Assembly (NCBI GenBank): GCA_002104945.1
Contig: MCFH01000040.1
Location: 434,328-498,327 of the forward strand
Reading direction: 5' to 3'
DNA length: 64,000 nucleotides
DNA from: Piromyces finnis finn
Lineage: Eukaryota; Fungi; Neocallimastigomycota
Below the pieces are notes generated by a model. It was not told the DNA's origin, made no database searches, and worked only from the letters and a program-made list of their open reading frames with translations. This document shows positions 42,267-56,784 of this stretch, in pieces; the stretch's first letter is position 1; each line of letters begins with the position of its first letter. A program made the translations under genes and the position numbers.

Positions 42267-43529
42267 CTATGCTTGACATTGTTGAATGAGCGTTATATTA
42301 TCACCTTTTAATAATATACGACCTAATTCCTTTCTAGTCTTCTTTTTCATGGATACTTCTTCAGCATCTCTTAAAACCAACTTTATATTTAAATTTAAAT
42401 TAAAATTTTAAATTTTATTTATAAATATTTTAATAAATGTATTATTATACTTCAAATTAAATTTTTATATAAATAATAATTATTTATTAACATACATTCA
42501 TGAATTCATCAAAACCAACGATGACACCTTCAATTCTAATATCGGTTTGTTCATATAACCAAACTTGAACTCTAGCACCCTAAATTTATTATTTTGTTAT
42601 ATTAAAATAGATATATTTAATTAATAATTTATAATTTTTATATGTATTTTTGATATAGTTAAATTAATATTTATACTTACAGATTGTAAATACTTAAAAA
42701 TTAAATTCTATAAAAAAAATAACAATTAAATTATAATTAAATTTGTTAGTAATATGTTTTACAATTTTGAATCTTTTTATATTATTTACTTTTATTTATA
42801 ATTAATTTTATTTATTTATTTTTTCAGTAAATTAAATGATTATAGATTATCCCTTTATTGTAATTAGTTATATATACTTTAATTAATCATAAAGACATTG
42901 TCTTTATTATCACGATTTCTATGATCTATATTTTGCAAAAATTTTAATAATTCTATAAATCATTTCAATAATTAAATTATCAATTAAGAAATTTTATTTA
43001 AATTATTAAAATTATTAATTTTAATCTTTGAATTAAATTCAGGATTAAAAAAAAAATAAAAATGTTAATAATTAACATAAGTTTCCTTCCAAATAAGCTA
43101 CTGATACCATATTATAATGTACGATGAAATCAATTTTGATATATATTTGATCATTAAATATTAGCTATAATAATTATAATAATAAAAAGGAGTGATTGTG
43201 ATGTCTGATCCAATTGATTAATTTTTGAAGAAAATAAATTATTTATTTTTTTTATTGTAATTTTATATGACCAATTATAAAATAATTGCTGATGATTATT
43301 TTACTACTTATAAATATTTATTTTTTATTCAAGTTTATTTTGCATATATGAAACTATATTAAATGAATTATAATCCATTGAAGCTTTTTTTATTTTCTTT
43401 AATAAATATATAAATTTTATTTATTTATTTATTATTCCTTTTTTTTAAAAAAAAAAAAAAAGCATGACTGCTTTAAATGGTATTTACAATTGGTAATTGA
43501 GAAATCTTCTTGACTTTATTTGCTTGCAT
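42267..43529 (-). CDS. SME1: Small nuclear ribonucleoprotein Sm E (exons 43529-43488, ~42707-42681, ~42579-42496, ~42380-42267)
   Basis: The spliced product is [14 protein letters not shown]|NLIFKYLQS|[28 protein letters not shown]|[24 protein letters not shown], with SmE Sm1/Sm2 motifs. Confidence 0.93.
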
Positions 43530-43663
43530 TTTTATGTAATAATTTTATTTAAAAATAATAGAGATTACAAATTTTTATAAATTAGTAATTATTTACTTAA
43601 AAATATAAAATTATAAATAATTTTTTATTAAAAACTATTAAAATTATTATATTATACAATTTT

Positions 43664-43677
43664 ATATCACGTGATAT
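43664..43677. promoter_or_regulatory. Palindromic E-box ATATCACGTGATAT (Cbf1/bHLH-ZIP-type site) in the SmE/DPH3 divergent promoter
   Basis: A perfect 14-bp palindrome lying about midway between two divergent ATGs 293 bp apart, in DNA with almost no G/C. The function is inferred. Confidence 0.55.
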
Positions 43678-43822
43678 TAATTTTGAAAAATAATTTACTA
43701 ATTGACGAAGTTTTTTATTATTACTTTTATCTTTAAATTTAAAATTTAATTTATAAAATAGTATCTTTTTCTTTTCTTTTTTTTTTTCTTTAACTAAAAT
43801 AATTACAAAAAAGTGATAAAAT

Positions 43823-44133
43823 ATGGATACCCCTTATGATGAAGTAAGTATTAAACCATATATTAATTATTTATATATTTTGATAAATTCAAAAATGATA
43901 TGTAAGAAAACAAATTTCAAATCAATTTGAAATTTCTTTTTTTATTGACTTTTACAGTAAATTAAATTTTTCTATTACATTTTTTCTTTCTATCTTTCTT
44001 TTTTTATTCTCATTACTATTAGTTAATTAATTAATTATTATTTTAAAAATATTAAAATAAGTTTTCCTTTTTTTTTTATTTTATTTTATCTTTAAAAAAA
44101 TATTATGCTATATTAATGTTTTTCCATAAAATT

Positions 44134-44174
<41 letters not shown>

Positions 44175-44490
44175 TTTATTAGATTGAAATCGAAGATATG
44201 ACTTTCGATAAAGAAAGACAAGTTTATATCTATCCATGTCCATGTGGTGATAAATTTGAAATTACTATTGTAAGTTTTGAATATTTAAAATTTAAATCCT
44301 CAAAAAAAAAAAAAAAAAAGTATAAGTAAATATTAATATTTCAATGCAATATTTTAATATTTAACAGGATCAATTAAGAAATGGTGAAGACATTGCTCAA
44401 TGTCCAAGCTGCAGTTTAATAATTAAAATTATATATGATCCAAAAGATTATTTAAAAGAAGAAGAAAGTACTGAGGAAACTGAAAATTAA
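43823..44490 (+). CDS. DPH3: Diphthamide biosynthesis protein Dph3/Kti11, CSL zinc finger (exons 43823-43843, 44183-44269, 44368-44490)
   Basis: MDTPYDE|[22 protein letters not shown]|[24 protein letters not shown]. Confidence 0.95.
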
Positions 44491-46029
44491 GAAAAATCTA
44501 CTTCTAATGCAAATTTAATATATATTTAAAGTGTCTCGAATAACAAAATAGTGTTATGTTATGGAATCAAAAATAACAGTAATTTAAAAAAAAAAATAAG
44601 TTTTATGCATTTAAATAAAAGAATTAATTACTTAATTGAATAATATTGATAATGCTATCAAATTTTGTTATTTTAAAATAATATATATTAATAAATTAAC
44701 CAAATTTATTCTTTTCATTTGAAAGATACCCGATAAAAACATGAATTATTTAATTGTAATTTCGAATTAATATTTTTAAATGCTTAATAATTCATATGAT
44801 AATTATAATAAATGATAAAATTATAACCTTATTTTTTTTTATGTATTTCTTCTATTATATTATTATATATAAAATGAAAATAAACTATTGATGAAGTTTA
44901 CCGACGATAAAGATTATTAATTAAAAAAAACTTTAATTTTTAAATAAATCTTCCTACGTTGTTAGTATAAAGATTGTATTGTATATGTAATTGTAATAAT
45001 AATTTCATATGAAAATGAAGGGTTATGTTAATCATTTTAATCTTTAATAATTTTTATTATGTGTTTAAGAAGTGTTGAAGGTTTAAACTATATCTATATG
45101 ATTTCATCATTTTTATTATACAAAAAGATTTTTATATTTAGATATTCAACATTCAAACATTTCATTATCATTAATGTTTTCTTTTCAATTTTTATTATAT
45201 CCATTATATAAATTATAATATGTAATTATATTCTTATTACTTCAAAATTAAACAATAAACAATTGAAAATTTAATGATACTAATTTGATTAACATATAAA
45301 TAATAAAGACTATACTTTATAGTCTATACTTTATTGTTTTTATTATATATATTAATAAAATTAGCATCATTAAATTTTCAATTTGTTTATAGACTTACTA
45401 TTTTCTTATTATTAAAAATAAGATATATTCATAAATGATATTAATGCTTTTATTTATTATTAAAAGTTATGATATTCTCTTCAATGGTTTTTATAAATTT
45501 TTTTTTTATTTTTTAATATATAATAATTGAAGTAAAAATATATATACCATCATTTATACATAATAATTTGTGTAAAGTATTTATAAAAAACATTTTTTTT
45601 TTATTTTCTTTAAACTTTATTAATTATTATAATCATATGAATTTGTTATCAATTTACTATATTAAAATAAAATAATTTAATTAAATCAATTTTATTATTA
45701 AAAATAAAGTGAACAAAATATGTCGTATAATATATATTCCTATATTATTATATTATTTTAGATTTAATATAAAAAAGAAAAATCTTGATTAAAAAAAAAA
45801 AAAAGTTAAAAAAAATATATATATATAAATATAGGTATATATAAATAACATTGAAATTATGAAATAAAAAGAAATTAAAAGCTATAATATTTGATATATT
45901 ACAACAATAAGCATTAAACAATAAATAATATAATAATAAAATAACAAAAATAAAACGTAAAAAATAAAATTAAATTATTTGTGAATTGAAATTTCATTTA
46001 AATATACATTCTTTTTAAAAAATAGGAAA

Positions 46030-47626
46030 ATGAATATTGATATATTAAAAGGCTCAATAGTAAAACTATTAATATCAATATTTTTAGGTTTCCCATTATC
46101 ATTCATATATCGAAAAGTTTTTATCCAAAATAAAAAAGGAAATGAATTCCAAAGAAATTTATATACTTTTATTTCAGGTTTTTTCATTTCAATAATTTTC
46201 AATGGAAAAGACTTTTATCACACATTGGTAACTTTAATAGGAACATATTTAATAATTCAATATGTTAACCCAAAACATATTACTTTGATAAGTTGGTTAT
46301 TTAATTTTGGCTATTTGTTAATTTCATATTACATGTATAGTTCAACGGAATATGATTTGAATTGGTTGACACCTCAGTCAATTATATGTTTAAGACTTAT
46401 TGGTTTAAGTATGGATTATTCTGATGGTCAAAAGAAAGGGGAAACTAAAAAAAGTAAAAATTCATACACTGGATTAACCCCACCATCTCAATGGCCTATT
46501 CAGGAAAAACCTGAATTATTAGAAATGTTAGGATACTGTTACTTTTATGGAACATCTATTGCAGGTCCACAATTTTCATTTAAACGTTACAAGAAATTTA
46601 TAAGTTTAGAATTATTTGAATCAAATAATACCTCATTTGACAAAGATTTTGAAAAGCTACTTGATTCTTCATTAAAACATAGTATAAAACGTTTTATTCT
46701 AGGTATTCTTTATAATGCTACATTCGTTATTGTAAGCAGGTATTTTAGCAGTTTATTTTTATTAACGGAAGAATTTACTCAATATAATCCATTGAAAAAA
46801 TTTGTATATATATGGATAGCTGGAAAATATGTTCTTTTTAAGGTATAAAAAATGATTTATTAATATTTTATTATAATTATTGATAATGTGCACTATATAA
46901 TAACATAATAATTATTCTTTATAGTATTTTGGCATATGGATGTTAGTGGAGTCTCAATGTATATTAAATATGATTCAATTTGATGGATTAAATTCTAAAA
47001 CAAATGATTATTATTGGAATGCTATTAATAATATTGATGGTTTTAAATTTTCTACTGCTTTTTCACTCGATGACCTAGTTGGATCATATAATATTAAAAC
47101 AAATAACTGGGGAAAACACTATGTTTATAAAAGGTTTGCATTTATAGGTAATAAACAAATATCCTCTTTAATAAACTTGACCTTTTTATCAATATGGCAT
47201 GGCTTTCATGTTGGATACCCAATAAGTTTTTATTTTGAATTTGTATTATTTGTCCTCCAAGGAATTTTAAAATATTGGTTTAAGCCATTAAATCAATACA
47301 TGAATTCTAATTTAGAAATAAATAAGACCTTATCTTTTAGAATCCAATACTTTATTTATCATGTTATATGTAATATTTTAACAATTGGAAGTATTTCATA
47401 TCCTTTAATGGCATTTGATCTTCTTACATGGAATAAAATTAGAGTCGCATATAATCATGTTTATTGGATAGGTCATGTTATAGCACTAATAATGATTTCA
47501 ACTCATATAATCATTTTAAAAATAAAAAGTTCATCTAAAAAAAGATTAATTAATGAAAATTCTTTAAAATCGTCTGGAAAAGATGAAAAATTAGAATTAA
47601 CCGAAGAATCTAAAAAAAAGGAATAA
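46030..47626 (+). CDS. MBOAT lysophospholipid acyltransferase, LPCAT3/MBOAT5-like (exons 46030-46842, 46925-47626)
   Basis: Many TM helices, WLTPQSIICLRLIGLSMDYSDG, GPQFSFKRY, the catalytic region NIKTNNWGKHYVYKRF..FLSIWHGFHVGY, and a C-terminal KKKE (KKxx-type ER retrieval signal). Confidence 0.9.
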
Positions 47627-48061
47627 ATAAGAAAACTAAAAAGTAATATTAAAAAGTTTAACAGTAATTATTAAAATAATAAATAAAAACAAATTACAGT
47701 GAATAGAAAGTATTATTATATCCTATATATAAAATCATTTATATAATCATAAATAATATAAAATATTCCTTATTCTTAATATTATTTATTATTAAAATAA
47801 AATTAGTAATTATTATTATACTAAATACTTTTTTCTTTCTTATTTTCTCTTCTTTTTAAATATAATAATAAACATATATTAATTATAAAAATATTAAAAT
47901 ATAAAGAGCAAAAAATAAAAAAATAAATAAAAAAAAAGAATAAAAAATAAAAATACCAATAATAAATTATTATAAAAATATTGTGCTAAAATGTATTTCT
48001 TTATAAATATCATACTATTATTTGTTTATTTTTAATGAATAATTTTCCCCCCTTTATTTTA

Positions 48062-48088
48062 TTTTCTTTCTTTCTTTCTTTCTTTCTT

Positions 48089-48132
<44 letters not shown>
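48062..48132. repeat. (TTTC)n followed by a ~40-nt poly-T tract
   Basis: Directly visible, between convergent genes. Confidence 0.85.
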
Positions 48133-48134
<2 letters not shown>

Positions 48135-48497
48135 TTTTTATTTTTATTTTATTTTTTTATTATTTTTGATGTTTTGATTTATTTTGATTTTCGATTTTAT
48201 GGTTAATAATATTATTATTATTATTTATATAAATTGGATATAATATTGTGAAATAAAAAGGAATATATATATATATATATTCTTTAAATAATATTATGAA
48301 TATTATACATACATATATATATACTTATTTTACAAACTTTAGATTAAATTAATATTTTTTAAAAGAAGTAATAACTTTGAATAATTATAGAAAGTATATT
48401 ACTATTGTATTGTTTTTATTAAATTTCTATCGTATTATATGTTATGATAATAATGATGATAATTGTCCTTTTTTTTTTTTTTTTTAAAAAAAAAGAA

Positions 48498-51400
48498 TTA
48501 GAGAACACCTTTTTGTTTTAATAAAGTAATGAAACGGTTATACTTTTGACGTAATTGGTTGTTTAAGTTATATAATTCATCATACTTTTCATCTTTTTGT
48601 TTAAGGGCTGCTTCATGTTCTTCCATCATAGTTAACATTTTCTTATTTGTATTTTCTAATTTAAGTTGATAACGCTCTAATTCACGCTTAAGTGATTCAT
48701 TTTCCATTTTAAAGTTACTAGTTTCTTCTTCAATAGCAGCAAATTTTCTACGAAGATTCATTAATGTTTCTTTATTTATCTCTAGTTCACTTCGGATTTC
48801 CTCTAATTCCTTATTGAGATTAGCTTCATTCTCATCCTTTTGCTTTTGTAATGTTTCGAATTCTTCTGTTAAACTAAACTTTTCGTTTTCAATTTTATCC
48901 ATCTCATTGTAGAGCTTAAAGATTTGATTAGAAAGGGAAGAAACAATTTCTTCGTGATTAGCATGGGAAAGCTTACGAGAAAGTTCACGATCAACCATTG
49001 CAATCTTTTTAATATTATTGTTATGAGATTCAGATTCTTCATGTGTAAGTGATTCAGGTTCGTTCACTATATATTGATTATTTGAATGACTATCATAATC
49101 TTTTTGGTTTCCTTTCATTTTTTCTTGAAGTGCCTTAATTTCTTCTTCTTTTCTCAATAGATCCATTTGACAGGTCTTATTTTCTTCTCTTAAATGATCC
49201 ATTATTTGAGTACTTTCTTCCAATTTACTTGAAAGTTCTTTAACTCTGTCATTGAAATGTTGGTATTGTTCTTTCATATCAGAAAATTCATTGCTACTTT
49301 GTGTAAGTTTATTTTCTTTTTCTTGTAAAGTTTTCTTTGTTTGTTCTAATGTTTGTTCGAGTAATGAAATACGATTTTCCTTATCTTCTTCTTGTTCTTC
49401 CTTTGATTTTATAATAAGTCTACTTTCCTCAATCATTTTTTCTAATTCAATATTTCTACTGTTTAAAACATTCATATCTTCATTTTGCTTATTCCAAGAT
49501 ATTTCGTTGCTAGAAATCATAGCTTCCAATTCACGAATCTTTTCTTTAAGTTGATTTTCACGTTCCATAAATTCATTCCTATTAGATTCAGAGATAGATT
49601 GTTGTAATTCATTACGAAGATTTTCAATTTCTTCCTCTTTCTTATTAAGAATTCTATTCATTTCATCTGCAACATTATCTTTAAGGTTAGCTTCCAATTC
49701 ACTATTTCTTATTTTGGTATCTTCAAGACATTCATTGGTATAATCAAGTTTTTCCGTTAAATTGTTAATTTTGATACGGGATTCAGTTTGGACAGCTTCC
49801 AACATCTTACTATAAATATCTTTGATGTGGTCTATTCTTTTTTCTAATTTATCATTAACCTCTTCCATTTTATGAAGAGATTCCTCATTCTTTTCAAGCT
49901 TTTTAAGACAATCTTTATACATTGTATCAGATTTTATATAGAGATTCTTATTTATATTTACCTCTTCTTTATACTTTTCTATTTCGTGAAGCATTTCTAT
50001 TCTAGTTTCACTTGATTCAAAACTATCAATAATATTAATGTCTTTTATTATCAATTGATTTTCATCGTTATAATAAACAGTATCAGCAGTTGCTTCTTTG
50101 TCATCTATTTCACTAACATCAATTATACTTCTTCTATGATCAATATTAGTTTTTGCTATCAATTTATTTCTCTCTTCATTCCATTTTGTTAAAATTTCTT
50201 TAACCTTAACTTCTAAGGTTTCATTTTTTTCAAGTACTTCAGTTAAATAGTTTTTCAAACTAGTAATATGATTATTTTTTTTAACAATGGTATCATTTAA
50301 TTTTTCATTTTCTTTTTTAATTTCAAGATGATTAACATTTAATAAAGCCAAATCATGATTAGCTTTCTCATAATCTTGTTTTACTGATTTATAATCTTCT
50401 ATTATATAATGATTATCTTCTAATTCAGCTAAAATTTTTTTGTTTTCACTTGTTAACTTTTCAACTAGTTCAGTTTCACTTTTTAATTGTAAATTAACAG
50501 ATGCTAATTCTTTATTTTTATTTAAAATATCTTTATCAGTTTTTTCTACTACAGAGTTATAATTTTGAACTGAAAGTTCATAATCTAAAGTAAGTTTTCT
50601 TTTTTCTTTTTCATATTGTTGACATTGCTCTGTTAATTCACGAACTTGTTCATTTAAGTTAGAGACAACATCATCATGTTGATTATCAATTTGTTGTGTT
50701 AATTCTTGACATTGTTGCTCTAAATTTGCACATCTTGTCTTTTCATCTTGTAATTGATTTTCCAATTCTTTAAATTCATATAATTTATCATCATAGCCCT
50801 TTTTATAATCATTTAATTTTTGTTGAATTAATTTTGTTTCTTCTTCGGCATCTTCTTTTTGAATAAGAATAGTTTGAAGCTTTCCATTTAAGATATCAAA
50901 GTTATCACTCAAACTATCTTTTTCATTTTTTACTCTTGACAATTCATTAAGAATCTTTGTAAGTTGTTCCTGTAATCTTATTTCCTGTTTTTGGAATGAG
51001 TCAACATTTGTTACTAATAATTCTGCTGCAGTAATATTTCGAGGTGATTTATTTACAAATATTGAATCACTATTATTAAGATATTGGAATGATTTCCAAT
51101 AACTCTTTCTATTCATTTTTCGATTCGTAATATAGTTATCTAAAATTTTACGTTCTAGTGAATTATCAGTCTTAAAGTGTTATATAAAAATATATATACG
51201 ACACAATAGTAATAATAATAATAATAATAATAATAGTAATATTAGTATAGGTATTTAGAAAATGTAACATATCAAAAAAAAAAACAAAACAAAAAAAACA
51301 TATATATATATATATGTATATAAATTACATCAATTTGTAATTGCTTAACGAATTCAATTTCATTTTGACATTTTTTTTTTTCTGTATTTATAAGTTCTCT

Positions 51401-51863
51401 ACAAACATCTTGGTATCTTCTTATATCATTATTACAATTACTTGACAGTAATTCAACTATTAATTTTATATATTAATTAAAAATAATTAATAAACGTAAA
51501 AGTGAACATTTACTTTTATAGAATGTATATTTTAAAATTTTAGTTTGAAATTTCTAAATTTAATTTTAAGCCTACCTGCTTGTAAAGCATTTATTACTTT
51601 ATTTGGATTAGTTGAATTCATGGCCAAATTAATTATATTTTTTATTTCAATTTGAATATTTTCAAGAGTTCTTTGATTTAACTCGGAAAGCTCTTGTTCC
51701 CTCTATTATATATATAATAAAAATAATTATTAAAATCAAAAGAACATAAACATAAAGTATAAAATTTTAATACTTCATTATTATATATATATATATATAT
51801 TAACACTCCTATACATACTCTTTGAAGAGAAAATATTTCATTTTCACTTGAATTATAATTCAT
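48498..51863 (-). CDS. Uncharacterised long coiled-coil protein, ~990 aa (exons 51863-~51819, ~51702-51576, ~51456-51337, 51170-48498)
   Basis: A 2.67-kb open exon rich in E/K/Q/L heptads. Three upstream GT-AG exons join in frame (..FSLQR|REQELSEL..ALQA|VELLSS..QLQID|TDNSLERK..). The start codon is uncertain and I recognise no family. Confidence 0.75.
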
Positions 51864-53921
51864 GAAGCTATACTGGTATAATTAGATAAAAATATACTTA
51901 AAGAACAAAAAATAAAATAAAATAAAATAAAATGTTAGTTTATTATATTATTTGAATTAAATTATTTATATTAAAAATATAATTTATTTCAAAATTATAT
52001 ATTTTTAAAGCACTATTTTTTAATTTTTATTCGTATATAAAATATATTTATATATAAAATAAAAATATAAAAAGAGGAAAAAGTTTTTATTATTATTAAT
52101 TATAAATATACTCTTAGATATTTATAATAATTGTTTGTTAATTGAATTTCTATAATAGAATTAAATCTTAATTCGAATAAGATTTTAATTTGAAATTTTG
52201 TGTATTAATAAATTTGATATTTATTATTATTGTTATTATATATATATATATATATTTTAAAAAGAAGGAAAAAAAAGTTGTAAAAGCAATACATTTTCTT
52301 CTAAATATATACTTTATAGTAATCTCAGTATTTTAAAAAAATGTTATTTTAATAGAAAGTTTTTTTTTTCTGGATAATTATAGGAATATAAAAAATTATT
52401 TTATTTACATGCTTATATTTTTATTACTTACAGTAATTGACAATACAAAAATAAGAGTATACGATGTTTTCAAAATATAATAATTTTGAAGTATCCAATA
52501 TTATATATAATTTATGGGAAAATACTTAATGTTATTAATATTATTTTTATATTAATTCCTTTTTATGTTTTTATTTTTTTTATGTTAATAGCTTTGTTTT
52601 TGTTTTTTAGTTTTTTAAAATAAAAAACATTATTTTAAAATATTAAATTTATATAAAGAATATTTCCAATAATTCAAATATAATTTAAATTTTTAATTTA
52701 TTGATTAATATATTATAATAAATTATAATATATTATACATCAATAAATTTTTAATTAAATAATTATATTTAACAACACTACTATGGTTAAACACAATCAA
52801 TATTGACTAGAGAGAGAGTAGTTATAGTTTTTACTTTTTCGTAATTTGAGTAATAAAAAAATAATAATTAAACTATTAGATCAATTATAACTATACTTTT
52901 CAAACTTTTCTTAAATATGTGATGTTTAAATATTATATTTTTTATTAATCCAGATATCTATTCATATATTGTGTAATGAATGTGATTTTAATTTTTTTTC
53001 ATTATGTGCTATAATAATAAAATGTTAGATTTTAAATAGGAAGAATTATTATAAATATAATAGTTTCCCTTTTTTTTATTGAAAATTGAAAATATACTAT
53101 ATACTGATTAAGGATATTTGAATATTTTTATTTTATTTTAAAAAAGACCTTTTAATACTATATAACTAGTTGATTATATATTATTTAATTTTTCATCTTT
53201 TTTATTTGCAAAAATTATTAATAAATATAATTTGAACTTTTTAAAGTGATTTTATTGGACTGATTGGTATTTTCAAAAATTTTTTTATAATTTTTTTTTA
53301 TTTATTTCTTTTATAAATAGTTAATATTAAAATATATTTTGGAGAACATTTTTTATTTGTATATTTTATTCAATAGGTAAAGGAGAATAATTAAGATTAT
53401 TGCTATTGTTATTTTATCATTATATAAAATATAAATTATAATAAATCATAAGAGTAAATAATAATTATATTACTTATAAGAAGTAATATAGTTGAAATGT
53501 TAATTTATTCATATGGAAATATAATATTGTAATTTTATTATGAATAAATTAAAAGAAAGAAAAAAAAAATATTTAAACTAAATGATTATCATATTAAATA
53601 TGTTAGACATATTAAATAATTAAAATTATTCATTTAAAATAAAACTATTTGCTATTATTTTTGATATTTTAATCTATCAATATTTAATTTAGTAAAATTA
53701 TTGCTTATATATTAATACTTTTTTTCTTTTTTTACATTACTTTTAACATTTAATATATCTCAAATATTCAAATATAATTATAAATTTAACAAATAAACCA
53801 ATATATTTTTAAATTAATAATATTATTTTATTATTCAATTATAAAAACAACACTATTACATCAATAACATAATAATACAATAACAACAATAATAAAAAAA
53901 AGGTAAAATATAATATATAAA

Positions 53922-55919
<1,998 letters not shown>

Positions 55920-56544
55920 ATATAATAATTAATTTTTTTTATTTATTATGTAACTATTTATTACATAGTATTTAATTTATATGATGTAATAAATAACTTT
56001 TATTATTAGTAATGGTATTTATAGTTAAAAAAGAGAATTTAATGTTATTTAATATTTCTTTTTTTTTTTTTTTAATTGTTATAATTTTTTTTTAAATTTT
56101 TTAAAACGGTTTATTTTATTTCAAAATGTTTATTTATAATTTAGAATAGTTAATCTCATAAGAAGAAAAAAAAAAATTAAATTAAATAAATATAGATTAA
56201 TGTGCAAAATTTACTAGATATATTGCTATTTACAAATTGTAAAAATTTTTTATAATTAAAATAATTTTATAAATATTTTGACTTTCTAATGATGATATCT
56301 TTCCTATAAATTGTCAACCATGCCAATTTATTATTTTATTTCTGGGTTAATATTACAACCTTGACATACTATACTAGTCATTAACATATTTATTTTTTTT
56401 TTTTATATAAACTCACATTATAATAAGTGATAATACATCTATAAATGAAAATAATTAACATATATAAACAAAAAATAAAATATGAATTTAAAACGATTCA
56501 TTTATTAATTTAATAACTATATAATATTTAAGAATATTAAAATT

Positions 56545-56577
<33 letters not shown>

Positions 56578-56784
56578 ACATTGTAAAATATTGCGTATAT
56601 TTAAATAAAATTTAAAATTTGGTTATATAGTCAATTTCATTTTTATTCTGCAGTTATATATTATTTATTCTATAAATATTTACAAATTGAACTATATTAA
56701 TATTTAATAATATAAAAAAAGAAAATGATAATAATATTAAATATTTTATGCATTTTCATATAATTCTAAAGTCTATTTATCTTT

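Noticed and set aside
45301-45335. Hairpin AGACTATA-ctt-TATAGTCT and similar short palindromes (52160-52185, 28855-28875)
   Set aside because: Stems of 8-10 bp are expected by chance at this AT content. There are no matching termini or target-site duplications to suggest a MITE.
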